Shown one piece after another: positions 11,716-25,564 of a stretch of 64,000 nucleotides of DNA; positions within the stretch are counted from its first letter, which is position 1, and each line of letters begins with the position of its first letter. The notes under the pieces were generated by a model, which worked only from the letters and a program-made list of their open reading frames with translations, had not been told where the DNA came from and searched no databases. This DNA comes from Octopus bimaculoides. Lineage: Eukaryota. Made by a program: the position numbers and the translations under genes. Location of the stretch: the NCBI RefSeq assembly GCF_001194135.2, contig NC_068982.1:105154014-105218013 (forward strand), given 5' to 3'.

Positions 11716-14120
11716 CCTTCATAACACAGGGTAGGTTAAAATGCATTGGAGTCCTTAGTCATCTGTCAAGTCACAAGAAGGACCTCAGATAGATAATATA
11801 TTTCTTAAGATGTGCACTGCGCCCAATAAGGCTGCTTTTTTGTAAGACATCAATCATGCATGGAATTTCCAGTTGCCTTAAGAAGTCTTGAAGTTTCAAT
11901 GGAATTAAGCCCAATGCTCTGATCATCACTGGTATCACTTTTAAATTACCCTCTTGTATTCCATACAGTCTTACCATTTCCACTTTCATTTCGGAGTACT
12001 TGGTGATTTTTTTCAACCTCTTTGCTCACAACGTTTATGTCATTTGGTATGGCTACATCAATGATCTGACACTATTTGTCTCTCTTATTCAATATGACAA
12101 TATCTGGCTAACAGTGTTTGATTTACACGATTCATCTGAAAATCATTATCGCAGAGTACCATTACTTTTCCATCCTCCTGCATAACTTTATTTGGTACAT
12201 GCTCATACCAGTTCTCTGTTACTTCATATTGTTATTTACGGCATAAGAGCCAATGAAGATACACATACACTTTATCGTGGTGGCATTTGTATTCTTATTA
12301 TGCAAAGCTCTCACATCCACTTACCAAGTGGATCACATTTTTCACAGTCTTTCCACAGAGTCTGCATTTCTAGATGCCAGAAGTTTCATAGATGTTATAC
12401 TTCACTGAATTAGTAGTGAGAGCCTGGTCTTGTGCAGCAATGATCAGGCTTTTAGTGGTACGCTTCAAATCACTTCACTCAAGCCATGCCCACGATGCTG
12501 TATTATCCTTAACGTTTTGTGTATTCCTTTCAAACTGTCCATTCTCATTTCAAGAAGGTCTTCTTTTCTCTTCTCCTCAACTCTTTGCTTAAACTCTGCC
12601 TTGCCCATCATTTCATCTGCATTTACACCCATATCCTTTGCTGCATATTGCAGCAGGTCTTCATCACTATTTATCAAATGCACGGCAAGAGTTCTCCTTT
12701 CACTCTTTATACAATGGTCTATACTAATTAGTCCTGTGCCACCATTCTTTCTTTTCATATACAATCTGTCTACGTTTGCTTTAGCGTGTAGCACTCTATG
12801 CAGCGTCATCAACTGTCTCGTCCTTCTATCCAATGTTGATATTTCCTCCTTAGTCCATTTGAGGATGGATGCACTATATCTGACCAATGCAACTGCCCAG
12901 ATATTCATTGCGGTAATGAAATTTTTGGCATTGAAGTTGGATTTCAACACCATCTTCACCCTTTTTTGATACACCTCACTGACCTTGACTTTCATTTCTC
13001 TGTGTAGAATATCATCCAGCTCCCAAATCCCTAAATATCTATACCCACTACTGTCAGGTTCACCCATGGTCTCTCCTGATGGTAACCACAATCCTCTGCA
13101 GGCTGCTTTCTTCCCTCTTTTCATATTAAGTACTGAGCATTTGGTAATCCCAAATTCCATACCGATGTCCTACCACACTTCTGGACTGTTTTGGTTAAGG
13201 AATCTATCTGTTTCTCAGATTTCCCAAATAATTTCAGGTCATCCATAAACAGAAGATGGTTCCATGATGGGTCTTTCTTCCCACATCAGTAACCCATCTT
13301 AACTTTCCTAAGTGTCATTGTTATGGGTATTCATGCAATTACAAAAAGTGATGGAGAAAATGAGTCACCTTGGAAGATTCCCCTTTTAATATTAACTTCT
13401 CTAAGGAATACATTACTGCAGTACAATTTGGTTTTTCACTCTTTCATGCTATGCATCAGAAAATTTGTGATGTTGTCAGCAACACTAAACATCTGCAGGC
13501 ATTCAATGATCCAAGAATGAGGTATATTTTATGCCTTCTTAATGTCAATCCAAGCCATAGACGTGTTGTATGATGTTTTTTACAATGCCTCAAAACTGTT
13601 TTATTGATGACCAGGTGATCCTTGGTACCCTGAGAACTCTTCTTACATCTTTTTTGTTCCCTTGGTAGTATTTCTTCCTGTGCCAGGAAAGTGTATATCT
13701 TTGTCGCATATATTCCAGTGAGTATCTTCCAGATTATGTTTGGGCATGCTATGGGACGGTAGTTTTCCACAATATTTCCCTTTCTATCTTTCATTACAAG
13801 TTGTCCTCCCAATCACCATCCATGTGGGGACACACTCATTCAATTGGGCTGCTAGTCTTTCATGCACCGCATGGCATCTCTTCAGACATGAATCCCATCT
13901 GGTCTGGTTAGGCACTTTACCCACTTGTTCTTTTATGTCCCGCATGCTTATGACAATGTTCCTTTGTTTCTTTCCTCCTTGTAATTCTGTCTTGATAGTT
14001 CCTATCCACATTACATCCCTTTTATGCACCACATTGTTTCTCCATAATCTGCTCCAGAACTCCTTGGCTTGATTTGCATCAGGAGCAATATTTCCCCATT
14101 GTCTCCTTATAACATTCAGA
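11716..14120 (-). mobile_element. 5'-truncated R4/Dong-clade non-LTR retrotransposon (RT, CCHC, restriction-like endonuclease), decayed
   Basis: EFWSRLW; NYRPIACPNIIWKILTG; EQKRCKKSSQGTKDHLVIN; FGITKC..GYRYLGIWE; ANVDRLYMKRKNGGTGL; CRLCGKTVKNVIHLVSGC; PDIVILNKRDK.CQIIDVAIP; KVIPVMIRALG. Stops and frameshifts present; both ends abut (TAA)n. Confidence 0.88.
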
Positions 14121-14155
<35 letters not shown>

Positions 14156-14159
14156 CATA

Positions 14160-14371
14160 AAGGCAACGAGCTGACAATCATTAGCATGCTGGGCAAAATG
14201 CTTAGCAGTATTTCGCCTGTCACTATGTTCTGAGTTCAAATTCCACCAAGGTTAACTTTGTCTTTCATCTGTTTCAGGTCAACAAATTAAGTACCAGTTG
14301 TGTACTGGGGATCAATGTAATCGACTAGTCCCCTCCCCCAAAATTTCAGGTCTTGTGCCTATAGTAGAAGG

Positions 14372-14416
<45 letters not shown>

Positions 14417-14645
14417 AAGGTGGTGAACTGGCAGAATCTTTAGAACACTGGGCGAAATGCTTAGCAGCATTTATTGGTGTCTATGTACAGAGTTCAAATT
14501 CTGCCAAGGTTGACTTTGCTTTTCATCCTTTTGGGGCTGATAAATCTAGTACCAGAGAAGCACTGGGGTTGATGTAAATGATTAGTCTCCTCCTGCAAAA
14601 TGTTGGGCCTTGTGTCTATAGCAGAAAGGATTATTATTATTATTA

Positions 14646-14686
<41 letters not shown>

Positions 14687-14772
14687 AATATAAGGTGAAT
14701 TCTGGGGTCAATGTAATCAACTTACTTTCTCCCTCAGAAAATCAGGCCTTGTGCTTATAATAAAGACTATTA
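14160..14772 (+). mobile_element. Tandem array of three (ATT)n-tailed tRNA-SINEs
   Basis: Two near-complete units (about 14160-14415 and 14418-14685; heads aaggcaacgagctg / aaggtggtgaactggcagaatc, B box GAGTTCAAATTC, ends tagtagaa(a)ggATTATT) plus a 3' fragment, separated by (ATT)n. Confidence 0.85.
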
Positions 14773-16054
14773 TTGAGTCATCACATAAATAATATGGTTT
14801 TTTTATACTTCTTTTATTTTTCAAAATTAAGATAAACAAAGTTCTTTTTTAATTTAAAATATACTCTCCTTCATTTTCTACAATGCTCTTCTATCTATCT
14901 GGTAGACTTGCAAGGTCCCTCTTCCAAAATTCACTTGTCTGTGAGGAAAAATACTCATCCAGTACTGTTCTGACCTTGTCTACAGAATTCATATTTTTTC
15001 TGTCCAAATGATTTTGAAGACTGTGGAATAAATGATAATCAGGTAGGGCAATGTCCGGTGAATATGGTGGGTGGGGCATTGCTTCCCATTGAAACTGCTC
15101 CAGCCTATGGAATGTTATCCTCACTGTATGAAGCCAAGCATTATTCTGGTGGTAGAACACCTTTCGTTTTGAAACCAAAGATGGTCATTTTTCTTCTAGC
15201 ACTGAGTTAAGCTGCTCTTCCTGCTCACAGTAGATCCCCTTTGCTATCGTTTGGTTTGGGTTTAAAAGTTCAAAGTAGACTAAACCTTTCATATCCCACC
15301 AAACAGATAACAATACCTTACATGGGTGAAGACCTTCTTTAACCTGAGATGCTGGTGTTTCTCCTTTCCCTACCCACTGTCCTCAGCACTTGACATTTTT
15401 ATAGAGAACCCCTTTTTCATCACCAGTCACTATTCGGTCCAAAAAATGGTTCATTCATGAGACATGACAGCAAAGAAGAGCACACATTCACTCTCTGCAT
15501 GTGATTAAACTCAGAAAGTTTGTGAGAAACCCATTTGCTAACTTTTCTGATAGTATGCAGGTGTTGATGAATGATTGAATGACCAAATCCAAGCTTTTCT
15601 GCTAGTTCCTCAGTAGTTACAATTGGATTTTGTCCCTCCAGGGTTTGCAGGATGTCCTTATCAAACTCTACAGATCTTACAGGATGAGACTTGTCTTCTA
15701 GGCTGTAGTTTCCAGCTTGGAATTTCTGGAACTACCGTTGACACAGGCTTACACTTATTGTCAGATCCCAATATACTGCATTAATATTTCTCGCACTTTC
15801 TGTTGCATTCTTGCTTTTATGGAACTCATAAAGCAAAATATGCCAAATATGCTCCATTGTCACTTCCATTATAGCTTTGAAAAAAATAACTGTTAAAATC
15901 GAACTGCACTCTTCAAAACTTGCACTAAGAATAAGTACAAGGTAAAACTACTACCTGTTTTTATAGCAAGTTGATGCAGTTAGTTTATCCCATTCTGCTC
16001 CACTTTTTAGTTCATGCAATTGAAAAAAACTGCATTATTTATGGGATGACTCAA
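14773..16054 (-). mobile_element. Full-length (1282 bp) decayed mariner transposon
   Basis: TIRs TTGAGTCATCACATAAATAATATGGTTTTTTT / AAAAAAACTGCATTATTTATGGGATGACTCAA with TA flanks. Transposase from ATG 15869 (MEVTMEHIWHILLYEFHKSKNATESARNINAVY), WVSHKL, TGDEK, HPPYSPDIALPDYHLF. In-frame stops present. Confidence 0.93.
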
Positions 16055-16056
16055 TA

Positions 16057-16101
<45 letters not shown>

Positions 16102-16158
16102 GTTGTTTTTTTTTCTTCTTTCTTCAAATTTTCTTCCATTTCTCGCTGAGTGTTTTCC

Positions 16159-16192
<34 letters not shown>

Positions 16193-16959
16193 TTTATCCT
16201 ATTTTAATATTATTGTTAGCATGTTAAATTGCAAATTGTAAAAGAAACAGAGAAAAAAAATGACAAAGGATATAGAATATTTTAATTCAATACAAACTAA
16301 TCTAATTCAGTTTGTTAACAAAAAAACTCATGAATTTATAATCATTTAATACTATCTTAGATATTCCTAAGTAAAACTATTTTAAGAAATATATGCCTTT
16401 AAATATTGATTCTAACAATGGTACAAGGCCACAAATTTTGGTGGGAGGTACAATTAAATCAACATCAGTACCTGGCTTTCGATTTATCGATCCTGGAAGC
16501 ATAAGAGCCAGTTAGGTAAATATTGCTAAATCTACATATTGTCTTCGTTAATATAGCATCAAATAGATACTGGTTAACCATTGATTAGATCTGTTTTTAA
16601 TTATAGCACATTAGAGCTTTCTCATTAGGGCATCAAGAGTCAACAAAAAAGCCTCTATGTAGCCACTCAATCTGCCTGAAGTAACAACCACATGTCCCTC
16701 AAATCATACCTTACAATCTTAAAAAAGAGAGAACATAACTGAACAGTGCAGTCCTTGATATGCAAAAAGATGTAATGGCTATGGCAAGAATTCCATCGGT
16801 TATGGGTCTGCAGATACTGAATGTGCAAATTCTGATATTGCTGATCAAGAAAATTATGAAATTGCTAATAGTTTTAATGCTGGTGGCTGAGGTGTTGGTG
16901 GTGATGGCTGTGGTGGTGGGTAGTGATAGTTGCAGTTGTAATGTTTGTAGTGTTAATTA

Positions 16960-17150
16960 TTGTTTAACCCCTGGTCAGCCCTGCTCAAACAGGCTTACAA
17001 TTAAAGTATTCCAACCATGATCAAGTTTTTTTTTTTTTTTTTTTTTATGGGTAGTGTATCTAGGACTACATTATCCATAGTGTCCTTTTTAAGATGATAA
17101 AGCAATTTGAAGGAAATTTGACTGCTATTTTTAGCAAACCAAACATCCAC
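16960..17150. repeat. Unclassified interspersed repeat (tgtttaacccc..ggtcagccctg..attccaaccatga..atttggctgctattt)
   Basis: Related segments at about 4400-4570, 10585-10650, 45420-45540 and 56150-56220; class not determinable by eye. Confidence 0.45.
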
Positions 17151-17378
17151 ATAGCAGTTTTCTTATTGGCTGAAAATTGTTGCTTAGTCTCAGGGTATAC
17201 CTGAACCAAAAGACTTAAACTCAAAGGTTTTGCTGTTATACCACCCGTCTTGCTTTTAGGAATAGTGTTTCTAGAACTAACATTATTCAACATGTCGTTC
17301 CTTATTTTCTTAAAAATAAAACAGTAAGGAATGAGGGACAATTGCCTGCTATTTCATTTTCTTAAACTCATTGTTTTA

Positions 17379-17831
17379 TACTCTTTTACTTGTTTCAGTC
17401 ATTTGACTGCGGCCATGCTGGAGCACCGCCTTTAGTCGAGCAAATCAACCCCAGGACTTATTCTGTGTAAGCCTAGTACTTGTTCTATCGGTCTCTTTTG
17501 CTGAACCGCTAAGTTACGGGGACATAGACACACCAGCATCGGTTGTCAAGCAATGCTCGGGGGACAAACACAGAAACACAGATGCACAAACATATATGCA
17601 CACATACATATACATATATACGATGGGCTTTTTTCAGTTTCCGTCTACCAAATCCACTCACAAGGCTTTGGTTGGCCCAAGGCTATAGTAGAAGACACTT
17701 GCCCAAGGTGCCATGNNNNNNNNNNCAAGGCTATAGTAGAAGACACTTGCCCAAGGTGCCATGCAGTGGGACTGAACCAGGGACCATGTGGTTGGTAAGC
17801 AGGCTACTTACCACACAGCCACTCCTGCGCC
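17379..17831 (-). mobile_element. Bipartite tRNA-SINE (head GGCGCAGGAGTGGCTGTGTGG; internal TA/TG microsatellite; AAGAGTA tail)
   Basis: Collinear with copies at 41531-41940 (+), 44820-45349 (-) and 47358-47789 (+); B box GGTTCAGTCCC. Many partial copies, e.g. 18155-18440, 26300-26845, 29300-29700, 36150-36530 and 49850-50290. Confidence 0.88.
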
Positions 17832-18498
17832 TATATCCAAACATAATTAAGATGTTATTTTACTGGATCCTTCATTCTTGATTATTTCCAGAATTAATTG
17901 AACAAATATGAGCACATCATTTTCTAATGTCCACTTTTCCATACTTGCTTGGGTCAGATGGAATTTGTTGAGGTAGGTTTTCTATGGCCAGATGCCCTTT
18001 CTCGTGCCAACCCTCACTTGTTTCCACCATGACTAGACATGTTTCTATGGAAGATTGGAAACAAAGGACACTGCTTGCAGGATGATGACATTCATTTATA
18101 GCAATTACCCAACGTCAAGGCAAAGAGACAGTAACATATATACACTCATATATTCTTTTACTTGTTTCAGTCATTTGACTGTGGCCATGCTGGAGCACCA
18201 CCTTTAGTTGAGCAAATCGACCCCAGGATTTATTCTTTGTAAGCTTAGGACTTATTCTTTTGGTCTCTTTTGCTGAACTGCTAAGCTATGGGGACATAAA
18301 CACACCAACATTGGTTGTCAAGCGATGGTGGGGGGACAAACACAGACACACTGTAGTAGAAGACATTTACCTTAGGTACCTTGCAGTGGGACTGAATCCC
18401 AAACCTTGTGGTTGAGAAACAAACTTCTTATCACAACTGTGCCCATAAATTCTAGTAAAATAAAGGACTTTAAAATGAAGAAAGCAAAAGTGACATAC

Positions 18499-19100
18499 CA
18501 TGGTTTTTGTTGTTCTCCATAAACTCTTCATCCTCTTTATCTGCTTTCTTTGCGTACTTCTCAATGTTGTCATCTAGATATAGACTTTCATTTTCATCAA
18601 ATACATTAAATAAAAGTGGAAACACTTTTGTATCTGTAAAGTTTGCTTTATCCTTCCGGCATATAACGAGAGGTCCAATTAATCCAGCATTTGTGTCTTT
18701 TGATGGATTAACAGCTGAATAGTATGCGTAATTAATGCAGTCTGGATCTCCTGGCCCAGGTCCAGAACTGTCTGGTACAACCCATGTATATGTGAAAGCG
18801 TGATTAGGCTGAACAGCATTTCCTGTGTTCTCTTCAGAGTCTGTGTATTTTGTACCTTCACTTGACTTGTTGTAAAGAACTCCATGAGCAAGAATTGAAG
18901 TAGGATATCTGGCTAAATTCTTAAAGACCACTTTTATGGTATCTCCCACTTCAGCTATTATTATAGGTCCAAGAATTCCAAGTGATTCTGGATGGTCCTG
19001 GGCTGTCAGGAAGCTGTCGTTTGTGTAAGCTCGGTAAACTGCTTTAATATATTTGCTTCCAATGAGAGAATCTGAAGATTTAACAAACACATGGCCTGGA
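18499..19100 (-). CDS. Multicopper ferroxidase exon E12 (domain 5 and start of domain 6)
   Basis: Acceptor ttactttattgcag|T, donor G|GTATGT; 602 nt, phase 2 to 1. (N)PGHVFVKSSDSLIGSKYIKAVYRAYTNDSF...LGILGPIIIAEVGD...PDCINYAYYSAVNPSKDTNAGLIGPLVICRK...FNVFDENESLYLDDNIEKY...EFMENNKNH. Confidence 0.95.
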
Positions 19101-22079
19101 CTGCAATAAAGTAATAAAATAAAGCAAAGAAATAGATTTTAGAACACAAGAGAAATTATGGAGATGACAATAAAAGCAATTGAATATTTCAATATCAAAA
19201 ATTGATCAGCTTATTAATCTTGTTATTATTTATGGAAATAATTGTATGAATATTTTGATAAAGCAATGATACAGATCAAAGTTAAATTTATCAACATAAT
19301 AATGGTATAAATTACGATAAAATAGAATAACTAACATGATAGACATATTAATAACAATATAGGAGTGATATAAATTAAATCATTAATAAGTATTTCAATT
19401 GTCTGAAATTACAATATTTACAATAGATGGGTATAGAATAACATACGATAAAACATTAAACCATGATCTTATCTGTGGTTTGATATGAACTCTGTGTAAA
19501 ATAATGATTGGTCATTTGTTGTAAGAAGCCCAAAGCAAGCATGGCTGCATGATTAAAAAGTTCACTTCACAACCATGTAGGGTTAGAGTTAGGGTTAAGG
19601 TTAGTGCTGCACTTTTGGGCAAATCTTTTTCTATCATAGACTCAGGCTGACCAAAGCCTTAAATGCCTTTCATTTAAGGCTTTGGTCTTTCATTTGGTAA
19701 ATGAAAACTGATGAATGATGAAATATGTTGTGTGTGTGTGTGTGTGTGTGTGCATGCATCAGATGTTGAAAGACTAAAATAAGAAGGATAAGCACTGGTC
19801 TCCTTTTCAGTAAGACACCTGTGCTTGTCCCTCTAGATTATTTTAGACTTTCAACAACATCCAGCATATAATCACCTTCTCCTTTCAAATGCTACCTATT
19901 TAATAGTGGGAGCTTTTATATTTTTGCTCTCCCTGTTCTTCTATCTTGCAATGTTACTTGGCTACCTCACTAGTGTCAGTAGCACAAAAAAAAAAAAAGT
20001 ACCCAGTACACTCTGTAAAGTGGGTGGCATTAGGAAGAACATTCTGTTATAGAAACCAAGTCAAAGCTGACACTGGAGCCTGATGTGGCCTTGCAACTTG
20101 TGGATGTTCAATAATGGATGATAATATCAGTTTGGGATTGAAAAATTAGTGCTTTGATCAAAAATCCCTTATAGTATACTATTCTGTAGTTTTGCAACCC
20201 TTTAGACTTGACTGACTTTACCTACATACTCTTAAGAGGTCGATAAGATAAGTAACTGACAAAGTACTGAGGCTGACATAGTCAACTAACTCCAGTATGG
20301 TTGCAGTAATAATAAAGAGAGGAGTCATGTAGAAAACATCCCTGAGTATGTGGAAATATTGGTTTCAAAATTTTGCACAAGGCCAGCAAGTTTGGAGGAG
20401 TGGGTTAGTCGATTACATCGAACCCCAGCACTCAACTAGTACTTATTTTATTGACCCCAAAAGGATGAAAAGCAAAGTCAACCTTGGACAAATTTCAGCT
20501 AAGAGCATAATGACAAATGAAATTCCACTAAGCACTTTGCCTGGCATGCTATCGATTCTGCCTGCTCGCTACCTTCAATATGTGGAACTAATATTGGTAA
20601 GAAAACTGGAGTTGTCTTTATTTATTTGCATGACACCTTGGGTAAGTGTCTATTATAGCTATTACTGTGCCTGGTTTATTTTCATTTTGACATGTTGGAA
20701 AGAAGAGTATCTTGGATATCTTTTATCTTTTACTTCCTTCAGTCATTGGGCTGCAGCTATGCTGGGGCACCACCTTGAAGAGTTTTAGTTGAACACCCAG
20801 CACTTATTTTTTAAAACCTGGTACTTATTTTATTGATCTCTTTTACTAAAGTACTAAGTCACAGGGACATAAACAAATCAACACTGATTGTCAAGCAGTG
20901 TGGAGGTGGTAATGGAACAAATACACAAAGACACACACACACATAGATATATACATAGCCTTCTGGCTTGTCAGTGCTCAGTCAAATTGTCCAGCATGGA
21001 AAGCGGACGTTAAACGATGATGATGATGATGATGGGCTTCTTGCAGTTTCCTTCTACCAAATCCCTTCACAAGCTTTTGGTCAGCCTGGAGCTATAGTAG
21101 AAGACACTTGCTCAAGACACAACACATGTATATGTGTATACATATGCATTAACATTGTCTTTCCTTATTATTTAAAATTATTTTGTAAATACTCATTCCA
21201 TTAAAAATAGTAAAGCAACTTGACTATTGTTTTCTGACAGATGGCATTCTCGAGTAATTTCTCAGGATTACAATCTGTATGGTATGCTAATTCACATGGC
21301 TATTCATATACAATATTCTACATTGTCTTAGTGATTTTGCTGTCATTATTTCTACAGGAACAGTGAAGTATGTTTTCCTGAAGAGATTTGATCTGATGAC
21401 ATAGAAACTTGTCCAGAGTTGTCAATCCGTACTTGATGAAATAATTAAAACAATATTGGTCATTGACTAATATTGTCTTTTGTTCCCAGTTTTAGAAATA
21501 GTAACAGTAACTTAACTATGGGCTTTTTTCTTTCATGCAGATTGTGATCTGAGTAATTCCACTCAGTAATTCATTGTCTAAAATTCATGCACACGCACAC
21601 ACACACACACACACACATACACACACACACGTTAAAATATTTTATCTTTGAAGTGAAATCATAGCTGTGGCCAGTGCTGGTGACATACAAGTGCCAGTGA
21701 CACATAAAAGACACCCAGTACACTCTGTGGAGTTGTTGACATTAGAAAGGGCATCCAGCTATAGAAACCAAACTAAATCAGAGTGAAGCCTGGTGCAGCT
21801 CTCTGGCTTAGCAGCTCCAGTCAAACCTTCTTATCTATGCCCGCATGGAAAACAGATTTTAAATGATGATAATGATGAAGAGAGTTCATCCTTGTGATGG
21901 CTGTGTGATTAAGAAGTCCATTTTGCATATATGAAGTTTGGGATTTGATCTCACAATGCAGTACTTCAAGCAAATCTCTTCTTCCATAGCTTCAGTCTGA
22001 CCAAATCCTTTGAGTAAAATTTGGTTGACAGAAACTGATGAAACTTGTTGTGTGTGTTGCAGTTTTTATTTATTTTGTA

Positions 22080-24118
22080 GTATCATTATCACCATCTTTC
22101 AATGTCCATGTTTCATGCTTGACCGGGTTTGGATGATTTGACAGGATTCAAAGAGAATGTTCCATAAGAGTATGAAGGGATATGTTAAGAAATGGGGAAG
22201 ACATGACTGTAGCAAGTCATGGTGAGAGAAACTGGAGTGGCTGGGAGGGAGGTAAGGCAGATATGTGAGGACATGGAGAGTGTTCAGATAGGCACATGCG
22301 AGAGAGAGAGTGGAGGGGACTGCAGTGGGTGAGGCATGTTAGGGAGACCAGAGAGGAAGGGCTTACAGCAGGTGTTGAGAAGATGGGGGAGTTTTGACAG
22401 AGGTCAGATAGTGTGTGTATGTGAGACATGCATGTGTGTGTGGATGGCCATGATTTCACTTAACATCTTGACATGTCATCTCAAGCACAACAAACTTCCA
22501 GAAGTCTTCGTTACTTGTCGTCATCTCTGTGAAGCTGAACATCTGAAAATCATTTCTCACCACTTTATTCCATGTCTTCCTGGTTCTACCTCTACCACAG
22601 GTTCCCTCCACAATTAGAGATCAGCACTTCTTTATGCAGCTGTCTTCATCATTATGCATCACATGACCATACCAGCACAGTATTCTCTCTTGCCTCTTAT
22701 ACCTAAATTTTCTCTTAAACCATTTACACTCTGTCATACCTGCACTCTGACTTTGCACATCCAGTGGAGCATGCTGGATTCATTTCTTTCAAGCCTTCAC
22801 ACGTCCTCTGCAGTTACAGCCCATATTTCACTGCCATGTAGCAAAGCTGTATATACACAGGTATCATACAATCTGACTTTCACTCTGAGGGAGAGGTCCT
22901 TTATAACAAAGGTAGTAGCTCTCTAAACTTTGCCCTGCTTGTTCTTATTCAAGCAACTACAGATTCAGAGTATCCTCCTCCACTACTAACTTGGTTGCCT
23001 AGGTAACAAAGGCTATCTACTACTTCTAAGGATCACCCTGGACATTTGAGGAAGTCTACTTTCTGTACATTATTAGTGTTTATTGTATCTGCACATCTTC
23101 TACACACAAAGACTACTTTCTTTGTTAACTTTCCTATGACACTGTTGCCCCTCTTATGTATCTATAGCTTGCATTAGGTACACCCTATAGAATTTCTACC
23201 TATGCCTTTTCTGCATATCAGACAGGGCTATCTCCCTGAAGGGATTAGTAATTTGTCTGTTTTCCTATTTACTAGGACTTTGGTCTTTACTAAATTAACT
23301 CTAAGGCCCTTTGATTCCACACCTGAGATTTCTTCTTCAGTTCTGGTAGTGATTCAGCTATAAGAACAAGATCATTGGCATAGAGGAGTTCCCAAAGGCA
23401 GCCAATCTTGAATTCCTCTGTTATGGCCTGGAGGACTATGATAAACAAGAGAAGGCTGAGAACTGATCCTTGGCGAACTCCTACCTGTACACTAAATTCG
23501 TTATATTCATTGCTGAGTTTCACCTTACTGATAGCACCCCTGTACATGGCTTGTACAGCTCTCACCAACCACTCATTTATCCCTAGCATTGCCCACCAGA
23601 TAAGAGAGGCTTTCTCCATGTCGACAAAAACCAAGTACAGAGCTTTATTTTTGGTTAAATACTTCTCCTGCAGTTGCCTTACCAGGAAGGTAGCATCAGT
23701 AGTGCTTCTCCTTGGCACAAAACCAAATTGAATTGCATCTAGGCTAACTCTCCTCCTGATTAGTTGAGCTATGACCCTTTCTGTAACTTTCATCACCTGG
23801 TCCAGCAATTTGATACCTCAGTAACTATTTCTGTCTAAGGTATCACCTTTACCTTTGTAGCAGCTGACTAAATGCTGCTGCACCAGTTGTTGGGTATGAC
23901 TCTCTCATAAACAATCTGGTTAACTATACATGAGACGAGATCTGCTAGATATCTTATGCATCTCAGTGGTGATTCCTGATGGGCTGGGGGCTTTCCCTGT
24001 TTTCATATCCTAAATTGCTTTATTTACCAAGCTACTGTTGATTCTGATAGCTGGTTCCTCAGTTGGGTCTACATTAGACAGACTCTCCTTCTCTCATGCA
24101 TTCTATACATTTAGCAGC
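22080..24118 (-). mobile_element. 5'-truncated RTE/RTEX LINE with 3' UTR, decayed
   Basis: LLDQVMKVTERV..QFGFVPRRSTTDATFLVRQLQEKY..VFVDMEKA..GVRQGSVLS..LLYANDLVL (23290-23808). C-terminus GRGRTRKTWNKVVRND near 22560-22590; pyrimidine-rich UTR and GAT-type tail near 22080. Confidence 0.88.
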
Positions 24119-24312
24119 CTTATATATATATATATATATCATCATCATCATCCTCATCATCATCATTTAACGTCCGCTTTCCATGCTAGCATGGGTTGGA
24201 TGATTTGACTGAGGACCGGTGGACCAAGTGGCTACACCAGGGTCCAATCTGATTTGGTAGAGTTGCTACAGCTGGATGCCCTTCCTAACGCCNNNNNNNN
24301 NNNNNNNNNNNN

Positions 24313-24348
<36 letters not shown>

Positions 24349-25564
24349 CTGATGTGACAGTACATGAAGTAGTGGCTAGTATATTTGGCTTATGGCCGTG
24401 AGGTTGTGTATTCTATTCCTGGATCAAGCATGCAGTGTGTCCTTTCATGTTGGTCCAGTCCATCAGTTGTAATGCTGGTGCAGCCTTCTCCCCACCCCCA
24501 GGACTGTCACAGCATGGGTGAGCAGGCTAAGGGGTGACTTCAGCTTGCAACTACATGGGTACCTAAAACAATTAGGGTAAGTATGGCTCATGTGTTACCA
24601 AGCATATGTCATGTCTGGCTATCTGATAAGATTGACATTTATGAGATGGAAAAGCTGTTTCATATATAATACTCTTTGGAATGTCAAGATAGAATGAAGC
24701 AAAGAAAATTAATGTGAACAAAGTTGGTTGAAATGGTAACCAAATCAAAGTTGAAACAAAAAGCAAAAAATTCTTATTGTAAAACACATTCGATTTGATG
24801 CATTTGACATTGCAGGATAAACAGCTGTTAATGGTGTAGGTGAAACTATTAGATGGATTAAGAACATGAAATATTTTATGAATAATTTATCTAACTAATA
24901 GTTTTTCACTTACAGTATTATTACTAGTGGTTATAAATCATTCAACACTAACTGTGAATGTATAAGTATGACCATTAGCATTGTTTTGTATTGTTTTGAC
25001 TTTAGTTTGGTGACCATTTTAAGACTTTGCCTTCCATGGGAGTCACCAATGACTCCCCATGCTATATTCTTAATATACCATGAAAATCATTTGTGACTCT
25101 CAACAGTTATGTGTTCTTATGGAACCTTCCATTTCTGTGGTTCATATGACATTATTCAAATTTTAGGAAATGTACTGGTGCTGGTGGCACATAAAAAATA
25201 CCATCCGAATGTGGCTGATGCCAGTGCCGCCTGACTGGCTCCCATGCTGTTGGCACATAAAAAGCACCCACTACACTCTCGGACTGGATGGCATTAGGAA
25301 GGGCATCCAGCTGTAGAAACATTGCCAGATCAGATTGGAGCCTGGTGCGGCCTCCTAGCTTGCCAGTCCCCAGTCAAACTGTCCAACCCATGCCAGCATG
25401 GAAAACGGACGTTAAACTATGCTGCTGCTGATGATGATGATGTACAGAACACATTTCTTTGAGTTTCTCGGATGATTTTTAATTGGACTCAAAAGGGGCT
25501 GAGACAGGACCTGGTAAGGAGGATGCAAGTTACTGTCATCTTCATCACTGGAGCAGTGAAGGTG

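Noticed and set aside
12430-12969. 179-aa plus-strand ORF as an independent gene
   Set aside because: It is the antisense shadow of the R4/Dong RT reading frame; the same applies to 23408-23731 over the RTE.
14119-14772. Repeat-spacer-like periodicity resembling a CRISPR array
   Set aside because: The units are SINE copies separated by (ATT)n in a eukaryotic intron, with no constant repeat, unique spacers or cas genes.
17678-17763. 38-bp direct repeat inside a SINE
   Set aside because: The two identical copies flank a 10-N gap, which indicates an unmerged contig overlap (assembly artefact).
19575-19605. TTAGGG-like repeats (also at about 60700-60727) as interstitial telomere
   Set aside because: Only 3-4 degenerate units each, compatible with chance or simple-repeat decay.
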